The notes: generated by a model not told the origin, from the sequence alone. A DNA stretch of 64,000 bases from Candidatus Shapirobacteria bacterium UBA2283 (GCA_002345725.1 DDWP01000020.1:1433-65432); one strand, 5' to 3'; positions 1 to 8,298 are shown, counted from the stretch's first letter. A program made the numbers and translations.

Positions 1-399
1 AGCGTATGGTGTTTGGTGTCGGCCGTCACCCTCAATAGCAAATTTTGTACTGGATGCGGCGTAGACAAGTTTTTTTACTTTACGTTGTCGACAAAACTCA
101 ACTACATTGAAGGTTCCGATAATATTCATATCAAAAACTTTGTTTATATCATCAAAAGATGGAGTAATTCGAGCATATTCACCTAGGTGGAAGACAATGT
201 TGGGTGTTTCAGGGATTAACTTGTCAATGTCCTTGGTGTGGCCGTGGCGGTATTCTGCCCCACTAATATGGTTATTGGTACTACCATTAAAATAGTTATC
301 AAGAGAGATAACTCGATTGTCTGGGTCGGAGACTAGTTGTTCGATAATATGTGATCCAACGTGCCCGGCTCCGCCAGTTACCAGAATTACTTTTGACAT
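1..399 (-). CDS. NAD-dependent epimerase/dehydratase family protein (GalE/RfbB-like), N-terminal part; CDS runs off window start
   Basis: Minus-strand translation from ATG at 399: MSKVILVTGGAGHVGSHIIEQLVSDPDNRVISLDNYFNGS..., Rossmann GxxGxxG typical of extended SDR epimerases. Not in ORF track because it exits the window. Confidence 0.7.
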   Translation of the reverse strand, partial: MSKVILVTGGAGHVGSHIIEQLVSDPDNRVISLDNYFNGSTNNHISGAEYRHGHTKDIDKLIPETPNIVFHLGEYARITPSFDDINKVFDMNIIGTFNVVEFCRQRKVKKLVYAASSTKFAIEGDGRHQTPYA

Positions 400-1505
400 A
401 ATTGAGTATACACTGGCTGTAATTTTTCCATAAGTATCGAATAAAAACGTAAATTGTGAATGGTGGCTAGTCTGCCGGCGGTCATTTCTCCTATTTGGAA
501 AAGATGCCGAAGATAACTGCGGTCATAACGTTGACATAATAAACAGTCGCAAGCTGAGCTAACAGGAGAATGGTCGTGGTAGTATTTTTCTTTGTCGGGA
601 ACAAAATATTGGTAAAAGTCTTTTTGACGGAGGTCTATTTCGTTAATGGACTTGGCGGTGTATGTATACAGTCTTTTGTGTCGGGCATCTCTGGTGGGAA
701 GGACGCAATCAAATACGTTCCATCCCATTTTAACCATCTCGACAATTTCGTGGGGCTTACCAACACCTAGTCCGTAAAGGAGATAATCTGGTGGGGAATT
801 TTCTCCAATAACTCTGGGGATGTCGTAATTGAATTGGCCATCGTCTTTCATGGGCCATCCACCATAACCAAGACCATCAAATCCAATTTCAACTAATCTT
901 TCGGTACATTCTTTTCGTAGTTGTAAATTGTGACCACCCTGGACAACGCCAAGAAGGTAAGGCTTTTTTGTTGGATCTAATTTTCTTGATTCACAAGACT
1001 TTGTAAAGATTTTTTTACATTCTTTGGCCCATGAGATTGTTCTTTCTACGGTTTCTCTTTGACGAGATTCATTGGCATCAAGATCTGTAAAGTCATCGAG
1101 GACGACAATCATGTCTGTCTTTAAAAGCATTTGAAAATCGATGGACATTTTTGGTGTAAAGAGAATTTTTTTGCTTGTTCCGGGAATCTTGAACTTAACA
1201 CCAGCGTCAGAGACAGAATCTTTGCCGTTAAATTGTTTGGCTAGTGACATAACTTGAAATCCTCCAGAGTCGGAGATGACTCCTCCACTCCACGACATGA
1301 AATTTCTAACACCTTTGTGTTCTTTTATGACTGAGCCTCCAGGGAAGTTGTTAAGATGAAAAGTATTAACTAATATTCCGGCAGTTTTTGTACTTTCTAT
1401 GTCACTTGAGTCAAGCGTCTTAAGTACTGCTCTAGTAGCGTCAGGGAAAAAAACTGGTAAGGGTATCGATTTGCCAGTAATGGTTTTAAAGTCGGTAGGT
1501 TTCAT
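387..1505 (-). CDS. tgt: queuine tRNA-ribosyltransferase (tRNA-guanine transglycosylase)
   Basis: Protein MKPTDFKTITGKSIPLPVFFPDATRAV...GGFQVMSLA...LLGVVQGG...CDCLLCQRYDRSYLRHL (Zn site) matches Tgt. The internal Met at aa 132 of the 503-aa track ORF is the real start; the upstream part of that ORF is antisense to tRNA genes. Stop TAA at 387-389. Confidence 0.85.
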   Translation of the reverse strand: MKPTDFKTITGKSIPLPVFFPDATRAVLKTLDSSDIESTKTAGILVNTFHLNNFPGGSVIKEHKGVRNFMSWSGGVISDSGGFQVMSLAKQFNGKDSVSDAGVKFKIPGTSKKILFTPKMSIDFQMLLKTDMIVVLDDFTDLDANESRQRETVERTISWAKECKKIFTKSCESRKLDPTKKPYLLGVVQGGHNLQLRKECTERLVEIGFDGLGYGGWPMKDDGQFNYDIPRVIGENSPPDYLLYGLGVGKPHEIVEMVKMGWNVFDCVLPTRDARHKRLYTYTAKSINEIDLRQKDFYQYFVPDKEKYYHDHSPVSSACDCLLCQRYDRSYLRHLFQIGEMTAGRLATIHNLRFYSILMEKLQPVYTQLCQK

Positions 1506-1553
1506 AAGAAAATGGTCGCCTTTGTTATTTTTCTTAACTCCGGCGACCGACGT

Positions 1554-1628
1554 TGTCGGGGATACTGGATTCGAACCAGCAACCTCACGGTCCCAAACCG
1601 TGCGCGCTAGCCAATTGCGCCAATCCCC
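1554..1628 (-). tRNA. tRNA-Pro (anticodon TGG)
   Basis: Reverse complement GGGGATTGGCGCAATTGGCTAGCGCGCACGGTTTGGGACCGTGAGGTTGCTGGTTCGAATCC...; anticodon stem CACGG/CCGTG, loop TTTGGGA. Exact 3' end +/-3 nt. Confidence 0.8.
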
Positions 1629-1654
1629 GATAAAGTAAATGTATTTTACACTAC

Positions 1655-1742
1655 TGGTGCCGCCAGAGGGGATCGAACCCCCACGCTTGTTGAGAGCACA
1701 AGATTTTAAGTCTTGCGTGTATACCAGTTTCACCATGGCGGC
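1655..1742 (-). tRNA. tRNA-Leu (anticodon TAA), long variable arm, CCA encoded
   Basis: Reverse complement GCCGCCATGGTGAAACTGGTATACACGCAAGACTTAAAATCTTG...GGGGGTTCGATCCCCTCTGGCGGCACCA; anticodon loop CTTAAAA. Confidence 0.8.
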
Positions 1743-1785
1743 AACAAAGGTATTATAGCAATTTTTTTGATAAAATATGTTCATT

Positions 1786-1859
1786 GCGGGATTAGTTAAT
1801 CGGTATAACTTCAGTTTTCCAAACTGATATGAGGGGTTCGATTCCCCTATCCCGCTCCA
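1786..1859 (+). tRNA. tRNA-Gly (anticodon TCC), CCA encoded
   Basis: GCGGGATTAGTTAATCGGTATAACTTCAGTTTTCCAAACTGATATGAGGGGTTCGATTCCCCTATCCCGCTCCA; acceptor GCGGGAT/ATCCCGC, anticodon loop TTTCCAA. Confidence 0.85.
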
Positions 1860-3408
1860 GATGTGAATAATTTTCCGACAGAAGGGGTTTATCCCCATCT
1901 ATCGGGCTATTTACAGGTTCGAGCCGAGCAATTTCACCCTTTTGCAATTTATCTACCTGTTTGAGGAAGATAAACGTATTTAGAGCCTTGATTCGGACTA
2001 ATCCGTCTTTTAGCTCGAGGTTCGAGCCAAGAATCCTCAGTATCATCCTTCTGGCTTCTGGGTCCTCTTTAGCATCATCAAATAGTTGAATTATTTTTGA
2101 GGCAAAGGCTAAAACCTCTTCCATGGTTTTGGTCCATGAATCCAATCCATCCTGGGCAATAGCACCCTTAGTTTGCGTCTCCTCTTCGAGTATTCTGCTT
2201 TTCTCCTTTTGGTATTGGGCTTCATCAATCATGCCGTCAATTTTCATTCCATACAGGTTTTTCTTTTCGGTAAGGATGGCCTCAAGTCGTTTCGTTAATT
2301 TTCCTTTTTGATTCTTTTCAAATTCAAATTCTTTTTCGTTTCTTCTTTTGAGGTTACCCCTGATCCAAGTTATTAGATCGGGAGAGATTTGCAGGTTGGC
2401 AACGAACGCCAGAACCTGTTCTTCTAGCTTTATGGCATTAAGATACGGCTGACTACAGTGGCCACCTTTTTTGGTACAGCGAGCATAGATAAAGTTTTGT
2501 GACTTGCCAGTAGTTTTATAGTGCTTGGTTTTGTTTTCAGCTGTGATGGATGCACCACACTCTCCACATTTAAGTACTCTCATGAAGTAGAAATCATTAA
2601 AGTTTTTGAAAATTCTTTTCCGACCGTCGATGATATCCTGAACACGGTGAAATTCACTGAGAGTAATCATTGGTTTTTGCTTACCTTCATACCGTTCGCC
2701 ATTGTAGTCGAATTGGCCGGTATAGAACACACGTCGAAAGAACCGAAAGGCTTCGGTCTTGCTTATTGGTTTACCAGTCCGCTTACTCCGAAGTCCCAAG
2801 GCAGTGACTTTTGCTAGAGAGCTTATAACCGTCTCTGTCCCAGTGAGCATTAATTCCCACCACTTTCGGCATAGGTCGAAACGATCAGGATCAGGGTAAA
2901 CGTCCTTTTGACCCTTAGGCTTAGTTTGGTCGTTGAGATATCCAAGCGGCGCTTCTCCAGGCATCCAACCCATCGTGAGCTTGGTGTGCATGCCTCTCTT
3001 AACATTGTCAGACAAATCCTTACTAAACTTGGTGGCCATACCAAACTCAATGAAAAGGAAGGTTGAATTATTTCTATCATAATCCATGGTAGGCGTAACG
3101 ATTTGCATTCCCTCATAATCAACCTTATCAATGAGCGTACCTCCTTCTTTGGCATTTCGACATAATCGATCAGCCTTCCAGCAAAGGATGTGTTTTGCTT
3201 CATTTCGAAGCATTCTGGACAGTAAAGCAGTAAACTCTGGTCGCCTATCGGGTCTTTTGGCTGATTTGCTTTCTCTATAGACACCAAGAATTGTAAAGCC
3301 CTTATCTTCGGCTAATTCGGTACATGTTCTTTGTTGGTCATCTAGAGAAAGGATTTGGCGGTCTTTATCCTCAGAGGATTTTCTACAGTAAATAAAACAA
3401 GTATTCAT
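1792..3408 (-). CDS. large serine recombinase (phage-type serine integrase)
   Basis: N-terminus IYCRKSSEDKDRQILSLDDQQR (serine-recombinase catalytic motif), recombinase domain, zinc-ribbon CGECG...C...HC, C-terminal coiled-coil. The last ~23 codons are antisense to tRNA-Gly(TCC). Confidence 0.8.
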   Translation of the reverse strand: MNTCFIYCRKSSEDKDRQILSLDDQQRTCTELAEDKGFTILGVYRESKSAKRPDRRPEFTALLSRMLRNEAKHILCWKADRLCRNAKEGGTLIDKVDYEGMQIVTPTMDYDRNNSTFLFIEFGMATKFSKDLSDNVKRGMHTKLTMGWMPGEAPLGYLNDQTKPKGQKDVYPDPDRFDLCRKWWELMLTGTETVISSLAKVTALGLRSKRTGKPISKTEAFRFFRRVFYTGQFDYNGERYEGKQKPMITLSEFHRVQDIIDGRKRIFKNFNDFYFMRVLKCGECGASITAENKTKHYKTTGKSQNFIYARCTKKGGHCSQPYLNAIKLEEQVLAFVANLQISPDLITWIRGNLKRRNEKEFEFEKNQKGKLTKRLEAILTEKKNLYGMKIDGMIDEAQYQKEKSRILEEETQTKGAIAQDGLDSWTKTMEEVLAFASKIIQLFDDAKEDPEARRMILRILGSNLELKDGLVRIKALNTFIFLKQVDKLQKGEIARLEPVNSPIDGDKPLLSENYSHLERDRGIEPLISVWKTEVIPIN

Positions 3409-3686
3409 AGTTTAGTAGCCATATCGGGTAAATGGCTGTTGGTGTTGATGTTAACTCGTTGCCGTGTTTTATCAAGTTTATTTTCGATCAGATAGTCAAA
3501 GAGGTTGAGAAGAGCGGTAGCTTGCTCGAATGCTTGTTCGTCGGTTAATTTAACTCCGTAGTCTTTGAGAGCAATTTCTTTGAAGCGATCCAACTCTTCT
3601 CTGGTAACTAACGAATTTGTTAGTATTAATTGGTTTCCGTCCGCTACTGGTGGCTGTGCTACAGTTTCTGTCATTGTATATAACAA
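3405..3686 (-). CDS. hypothetical small protein upstream of the integrase (possible directionality factor, unproven)
   Basis: 93-aa ORF co-oriented and overlapping the integrase start by 4 bp; no recognisable motif. Confidence 0.4.
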   Translation of the reverse strand: MLYTMTETVAQPPVADGNQLILTNSLVTREELDRFKEIALKDYGVKLTDEQAFEQATALLNLFDYLIENKLDKTRQRVNINTNSHLPDMATKL

Positions 3687-3789
3687 ACGTACAGAAACTG
3701 GTGGTTTATCTCAATAAACTTTGTGGATTTTTATGTCCACACAAGTAGACTAATGTAAGTTTCTCTCCAATTTAGCCTGGGAGGTTTGA

Positions 3790-3819
3790 TTGACAGAAAG
3801 GGGTCAAATTTGGTATATT
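3790..3819 (+). promoter_or_regulatory. sigma70-like promoter TTGACA-N18-(TGg)TATATT with extended -10
   Basis: TTGACA at 3790-3795, TGGTATATT at 3811-3819, inside a ~230-bp ORF-free stretch; a T-run lies at 3911-3917. Confidence 0.3.
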
Positions 3820-3917
3820 ACTAGTACCGAATGATCTCGGTGGTGAAAGTACCTTTTAAGGGAGCGAATGTCGGCACAGAAATGTGATCCGTCTTGGCCA
3901 CAGAGATCGAACTTTTT

Positions 3918-4547
3918 TCAGTAAGGCTTCCACAAATCTTCTTCCCTCTTTTTGATCAGCTTATAGAACGAGTCGTCGTTACGGTTATATTTCCTGTAAA
4001 TTGCCCCACAAACCATATCCGCCAGCTGTAGTAGATTGTTACTTTTGGAGTCTTTGTGCCTGATCTGGCCCAAGAGCTTCTCCATATCGGTATTGAGCTT
4101 TTTTCTCAAGTACCCGTTAAACTCCCGGATAAAGTGTTTACTGGTCAAATCGACGAACAATGATGCGTGGTTAATCCGATTCTGAGCTCTCATAAAGAGC
4201 TGGTCGGCCACCAACATGTACAGGCTGTCGGTGGGATTGAGTGGCTCTCTTTTTAGAAGCTTGGTCTTATCGATAATCACGGAGCGATAATGGAAATCAA
4301 AGCGGGACAACTTTCGCAAAAACACTTCCTTCTCATGGCTTGAAGTACCGGTGCTGAATTTAAATTCTCTACCTGGATGAAACTTCAATTCCTTCTTCAG
4401 ATCGTTAATCGCCTCGTTTGCTTTCTCGGCCGCTTCTAGGTCATCGAAAATAACGATGGTCAAGACAAAATAGGAACTAGCGACTCTCTTAAAGTTAAAT
4501 CCGGTGTCACCCGACTCATCCATAAAGATGAGCATGGCTAGTGACAT
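3918..4547 (-). CDS. DUF3800 family protein
   Basis: N-terminus MLIFMDESGDTG is the DUF3800 hallmark; overlaps the downstream ImmA-like gene by 10 bp. Confidence 0.6.
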   Translation of the reverse strand: MSLAMLIFMDESGDTGFNFKRVASSYFVLTIVIFDDLEAAEKANEAINDLKKELKFHPGREFKFSTGTSSHEKEVFLRKLSRFDFHYRSVIIDKTKLLKREPLNPTDSLYMLVADQLFMRAQNRINHASLFVDLTSKHFIREFNGYLRKKLNTDMEKLLGQIRHKDSKSNNLLQLADMVCGAIYRKYNRNDDSFYKLIKKREEDLWKPY

Positions 4548-4990
4548 AGATCCCCCTTTTGAGTTGTTCCAAACCCCAATTTCAAAAAATTTTTAGTAAC
4601 CAGGAAATAGTCAGCTGCCGTTGAAAGAGGTAGTTGTTTTGTTTTATTGAGTAATTCTCGTGGCATTAGTAGTTCGGTGGCAAAACACTGCGCTTCATGT
4701 TCCTGTTTGAAAGTAACGAATTGATCACAACCCTCGAAATAGAATTGATTTCCAGTGTGGAGAAAATGGTGACCTAAGGCGTGGGCAATAAGCTCGCGTC
4801 TTTTTCGTTTATCGGTGTGTGAGCGAATAGCAATACTATCGCCGACATAGACTTCTTTTACTCGGCCGCGAAATGACCACTCGTCCAAGGTTATCCCTTC
4901 GGCGGTAACAATTTTATGTAAATCTATTGGGGCAGTAGAAAGATTGTACTTGCGTAAAATCTGTCTAGCCCTTTTTTGGGCCTTTATCAT
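4538..4990 (-). CDS. ImmA/IrrE family (DUF955) metallopeptidase-like protein, HExxH replaced by HAxxH
   Basis: RELIAHALGHHFLH aligns with the ImmA AHELGHxxLH motif with Glu->Ala; gene is translationally coupled to the upstream XRE repressor gene. Confidence 0.6.
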   Translation of the reverse strand: MIKAQKRARQILRKYNLSTAPIDLHKIVTAEGITLDEWSFRGRVKEVYVGDSIAIRSHTDKRKRRELIAHALGHHFLHTGNQFYFEGCDQFVTFKQEHEAQCFATELLMPRELLNKTKQLPLSTAADYFLVTKNFLKLGFGTTQKGDLCH

Positions 4991-5441
4991 ATTTTTTTCG
5001 GCGTCGAGTTTTTACATACCCGATGTAGTCCATGACCGACTCCTTCTCGCTATTGGTCATGTCCTGAACTTCTTTAAGCATTAACGTAAATGAAGAATCC
5101 TGCTTAAGCTTATTGCTGGTTTTGTCCAAATACCCGGCTTTGTTTAAAAGCATCTCGTTGGGAATTTGATAGACAAACGCCAGTGCTTTCAACTTTAATG
5201 GCGAGGGATGTAAATATTTTCCTGATTCAAGATTAGATAAATACCCTCGCGAAACAGCTGACTGGGGATCTAGTTTCCCATTTTTAATTGCCTCCTTGGT
5301 TGACTCAACCACCGAACGGAGAGTGAGATCTTTTGCTTCTCGTAACTTGCACAAATACTCACCAACGGTAGCAAAATCGTCAGGTCCTTTTAATGTGGTT
5401 TCTTTGTTTGTTCTTATCTTCATATAGGTCAATAAACTCAT
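4965..5441 (-). CDS. XRE-family HTH transcriptional regulator (ImmR/cI-like prophage repressor)
   Basis: HTH-like region LCKLREAKDLTLRSVVEST...SRGYLSNLESG; divergent from a Cro-like gene and upstream of the ImmA-like gene. Confidence 0.55.
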   Translation of the reverse strand: MSLLTYMKIRTNKETTLKGPDDFATVGEYLCKLREAKDLTLRSVVESTKEAIKNGKLDPQSAVSRGYLSNLESGKYLHPSPLKLKALAFVYQIPNEMLLNKAGYLDKTSNKLKQDSSFTLMLKEVQDMTNSEKESVMDYIGYVKTRRRKKYDKGPKKG

Positions 5442-5465
5442 CGATTTTTATTGTAACAGAAAAAG

Positions 5466-5479
5466 TAAGTAATTACTTA
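5466..5479. promoter_or_regulatory. 14-bp perfect palindrome TAAGTAATTACTTA in the divergent repressor/Cro intergenic region (candidate operator)
   Basis: Sequence is self-complementary and lies between divergent HTH genes (5441 and 5578). Confidence 0.4.
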
Positions 5480-5577
5480 TTATTCATATTATAATGATAG
5501 TTGTCTACATAAATGGACACAAACAATCATAAAGTTTATTGAAGTAAATTGCAAGAATTTGTACCTTTGTATATAAC

Positions 5578-5847
5578 ATGACAAAAACGAAATCTAAAAA
5601 AACAATATTCATCAATAAGGACAAGAGAGTTAATAACGAGTTGTTCGATGAAGTGAGACTCACCAAAGGACTATCTCGATTTCAATTGGCTGTCGAGGTT
5701 GAACTTTCTCCCCAAACCGTTAGACGAGTTTTAGTTTCTGATGAAGACCCACGACCATCAACTGTTAAAAAAGTTGGTGACTTTTTAGGAATACCAGCAA
5801 AAGAGTGGTACTTAAAAAGAGAAAACAAGGAGGTGAATCATGGATAA
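5578..5847 (+). CDS. Cro/XRE-like small HTH regulator
   Basis: LTKGLSRFQLAVEVELSPQTVRRVL helix-turn-helix; divergent from the repressor. TTGCAA-N17-TATAAC ends 3 nt before the ATG with no SD (possibly leaderless). Confidence 0.6.
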   Translation: MTKTKSKKTIFINKDKRVNNELFDEVRLTKGLSRFQLAVEVELSPQTVRRVLVSDEDPRPSTVKKVGDFLGIPAKEWYLKRENKEVNHG

Positions 5848-6053
5848 GGCAATGAAATCTAGGATCCGTGCCAGGAAGCGAAGATATTATCTCTACCGCC
5901 TAAAGATATTTATGTGGAAGTGGTTGGCGATATTACTTGGCATCTGGATTATTTACCAGCTTCTTGGGACATTTTTCCACCGATGCTGGTTGTGAATATA
6001 ACAACAATTAATACAGAACATGATTATGTCCAGCAAAAAGTTAAATCGAAACA

Positions 6054-6776
6054 ATGATGGCAAGAATCAACTACACCACAATCAATCACGAGGCTCGAGT
6101 CAGGTTGGGTTTAACCATTAATGAATATTGTGTGTACGATTTAATCCACAACTTGGCCAGTAACCCCAAAAATATTCAGATGGGCTGGTGTTATGCCAAA
6201 AAAGAAACGATAGCTGATTACTTAGATCTGAGTCGAGCAACAGTCTTTCGAGCCATTAAAAAGGGCTTGGAAATAAATCTCCTTGAAAAACATCCTGAGC
6301 AACCCGCGTTCTTAAAAGCCACTAGTGATTGGTACGACTCAGTGATGATTAAAGTCGAGTCTCAAAATGAGACGGCTAGTATCAATATGAGACGCACTCC
6401 GTCTCAAAGTGAGACAAAACCGCGTCTCAAAGTGAGATCAAACAAAGATATAGAGAACAATGAAAATGACAACACAGAAGTTGTCAATTTAAAAGGATCT
6501 TCAAAAGAGATCGTTTCTATTGGCCAAGTGATCGCTCATCACCAGCCCAGCTTATTAGAAGTAAATAACGAGTGGGAAGTGGAAGCCATTCGACTGTGGC
6601 GTGAGTTAAATTTGTCTGGCGATCCGAGCGAACCGTTTGTAAAACACATCCATCGATACATCAAAAAGAATTTACAGGTAAAGCTCTCTATTGCTCTTTC
6701 GTATTGCAAAGATGCAACTAAAGTTCGTGATCGAGAAAAGTTATTTTATTGGCGCTGTGCTAACGAGCCAGCATGA
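6054..6776 (+). CDS. phage replication-initiator-like protein (lambda O-like organisation) with iterons in its linker
   Basis: N-terminal winged-helix-like region (GWCYAKKETIADYLDLSRATVFRAIKKG); central low-complexity linker SQNETASINMRRTPSQSETKPRLKVRS encoded by repeated GTCTCAAARTGAGAC palindromes. Confidence 0.45.
   Translation: MMARINYTTINHEARVRLGLTINEYCVYDLIHNLASNPKNIQMGWCYAKKETIADYLDLSRATVFRAIKKGLEINLLEKHPEQPAFLKATSDWYDSVMIKVESQNETASINMRRTPSQSETKPRLKVRSNKDIENNENDNTEVVNLKGSSKEIVSIGQVIAHHQPSLLEVNNEWEVEAIRLWRELNLSGDPSEPFVKHIHRYIKKNLQVKLSIALSYCKDATKVRDREKLFYWRCANEPA
6359..6438. repeat. iteron array: three copies of 15-bp palindrome GTCTCAAA(A/G)TGAGA(C/T) plus a TGAGAC half-site (candidate ori)
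   Basis: Copies at 6359-6373, 6401-6415 and 6424-6438; half-site 6388-6393; all inside the 6054..6776 CDS. Confidence 0.6.
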
Positions 6777-6785
6777 GCAAACATT

Positions 6786-7886
6786 ATGAAATTTATAGAT
6801 TTATTTGCAGGAATTGGAGGATTTAGATATGGACTTGAAAAAACAAAAAATTACAAATGCGTCTGGTCCAATGAATGGGATAAATTTGCCAACCAAATCT
6901 ATACTAAGCACTTTGGAGAGTGCGACTCCAGAGACATCAGAACTGTCGATACAAAAGACATCCCAGATCACGATCTCCTCTGTGCTGGCTTTCCTTGTCA
7001 ATCATTTAGTATTGCAGGAAAAAGATTGGGATTTGAAGACACCAGAGGGACGATGTTTTTTGAAATCGCTCGGATTATCCGAGACAAAAGACCGAGATAT
7101 TTTCTACTTGAAAATGTTAAGGGGTTACTTAGTCATGACGAAGGAAAAACTTTCCAGACAATACTTGGGGTACTCTCCGACCTGGGGTATGAGTATCAAT
7201 GGCAAGTTCTTAACAGCAAGAATTTTGGAGTTCCACAAAACAGGGAAAGAATATTCATTGTCGGACATCTTAGAGAAACAAGTCGACCAGAAATATTTCC
7301 TATCGGCGAAAGCTACTCAGTTCTTAATAAGAAGAAGCATTCTGAACAAGAAGGAGGGTCGAGGGTTTCGAGCACGATTGATTCCCGTTATGGATCCCTC
7401 AGAAACTCTGGAGAAACCTACTTGCAATACATCGGAGGTATCAAAGGAAAACGAGATATGTGGATAAAAGACGATAAGCAAAACAGTCGAAACTTTAGCC
7501 AAGGTCAAAGGGTTTATTCGACCAATGGTATTGCCTCAACCTTAGCTGGCAATGCCGGTGGCTTAGGTGGAAAGACTGGGCTATATGCAATTCCGGTTCT
7601 AACACCTGACAGGCAAGAAAAACGACAGAATGGGCGTCGGTTTAAAAACGATGGTGAGCCAGCCTTTACTTTGACGAGTCAAGATCGTCATGGTGTTTAT
7701 GATGGCATTAATATTAGGCGCCTTACCCCTCTTGAGTGTGAGCGCTTGCAGGGATTTCCAGACAATTGGACTGAAGGGATTAGCGATACACAAAGATATA
7801 AATGTCTGGGGAACGCGGTGACAACAAACGTTATTGCTGAAATAGGAAAAAGATTAATTTTTATTAAAGGAGGTGAAAATATATGA
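6786..7886 (+). CDS. dcm: DNA (cytosine-5)-methyltransferase
   Basis: Motif I FAGIGGF, motif IV PCQ (GFPCQSFS), motif VI ENV, QNRERIF (motif VIII). Confidence 0.85.
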   Translation: MKFIDLFAGIGGFRYGLEKTKNYKCVWSNEWDKFANQIYTKHFGECDSRDIRTVDTKDIPDHDLLCAGFPCQSFSIAGKRLGFEDTRGTMFFEIARIIRDKRPRYFLLENVKGLLSHDEGKTFQTILGVLSDLGYEYQWQVLNSKNFGVPQNRERIFIVGHLRETSRPEIFPIGESYSVLNKKKHSEQEGGSRVSSTIDSRYGSLRNSGETYLQYIGGIKGKRDMWIKDDKQNSRNFSQGQRVYSTNGIASTLAGNAGGLGGKTGLYAIPVLTPDRQEKRQNGRRFKNDGEPAFTLTSQDRHGVYDGINIRRLTPLECERLQGFPDNWTEGISDTQRYKCLGNAVTTNVIAEIGKRLIFIKGGENI

Positions 7887-8029
7887 CAACCAAGAAATAC
7901 CATTTCGAGGGAAGCAAAAAAGATACTAAGGGCAACACGGTGTATGTCGTTAGTGATTTAAAAACCGGCGAACTTCTGGAGTGGGTCCAGAAAACCTACG
8001 ATGCCCATAAAGGAGAAATTGAATATTAA
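7883..8029 (+). CDS. small hypothetical protein (48 aa), ATGA-coupled to dcm stop
   Basis: ATG overlaps the dcm TGA; MTTKKYHFEGSKKDTKGNTVYVVSDLKTGELLEWVQKTYDAHKGEIEY; below the track length cutoff. Confidence 0.3.
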   Translation: MTTKKYHFEGSKKDTKGNTVYVVSDLKTGELLEWVQKTYDAHKGEIEY

Positions 8030-8034
8030 AACCT

Positions 8035-8298
8035 ATGACTAAAACACGTAATCAATTACTAGAAGAAATTTATAACTCTGTTCATGAGGAAAAACTTCGG
8101 ATGGAAGTTGCCATTGAAACACTGGCAGATGTTGCTGATGACAAAATCATTGAAACGGTGACTCATCGGTCCCCTTTGGGGGCTAGAGAAGAAAACCTCA
8201 CCAAAAAAGATGTGATTGCCAAATATATCCAGGATATCGAAAAGCGAGAAAAAGTATTGGTAATTATTGAAAGATTATTAAAACAAAATGAAAAATAA
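8035..8298 (+). CDS. hypothetical phage protein
   Basis: 87-aa ORF co-oriented within the early gene string, overlapping the next gene start. Confidence 0.4.
   Translation: MTKTRNQLLEEIYNSVHEEKLRMEVAIETLADVADDKIIETVTHRSPLGAREENLTKKDVIAKYIQDIEKREKVLVIIERLLKQNEK

Noticed and set aside
107-295. 62-aa plus-strand ORF
   Set aside because: Lies antisense within the epimerase coding region (minus strand, clear Rossmann N-terminus); no RBS; considered spurious.
387-1898. 503-aa minus-strand ORF as a single protein
   Set aside because: Only the last 372 codons (from MKPTDF at 1505) are Tgt. The upstream 131 codons are read-through across three tRNA genes (Pro, Leu, and antisense of Gly), so the long ORF is an artefact.
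2850-3287. 145-aa ORF inside the integrase gene
   Set aside because: Alternative frame on the same strand, fully nested within the serine recombinase CDS; no independent support.
6805-7467. 220-aa plus-strand ORF overlapping dcm
   Set aside because: Alternative frame within the C5-methyltransferase gene, whose motifs unambiguously define the real frame.
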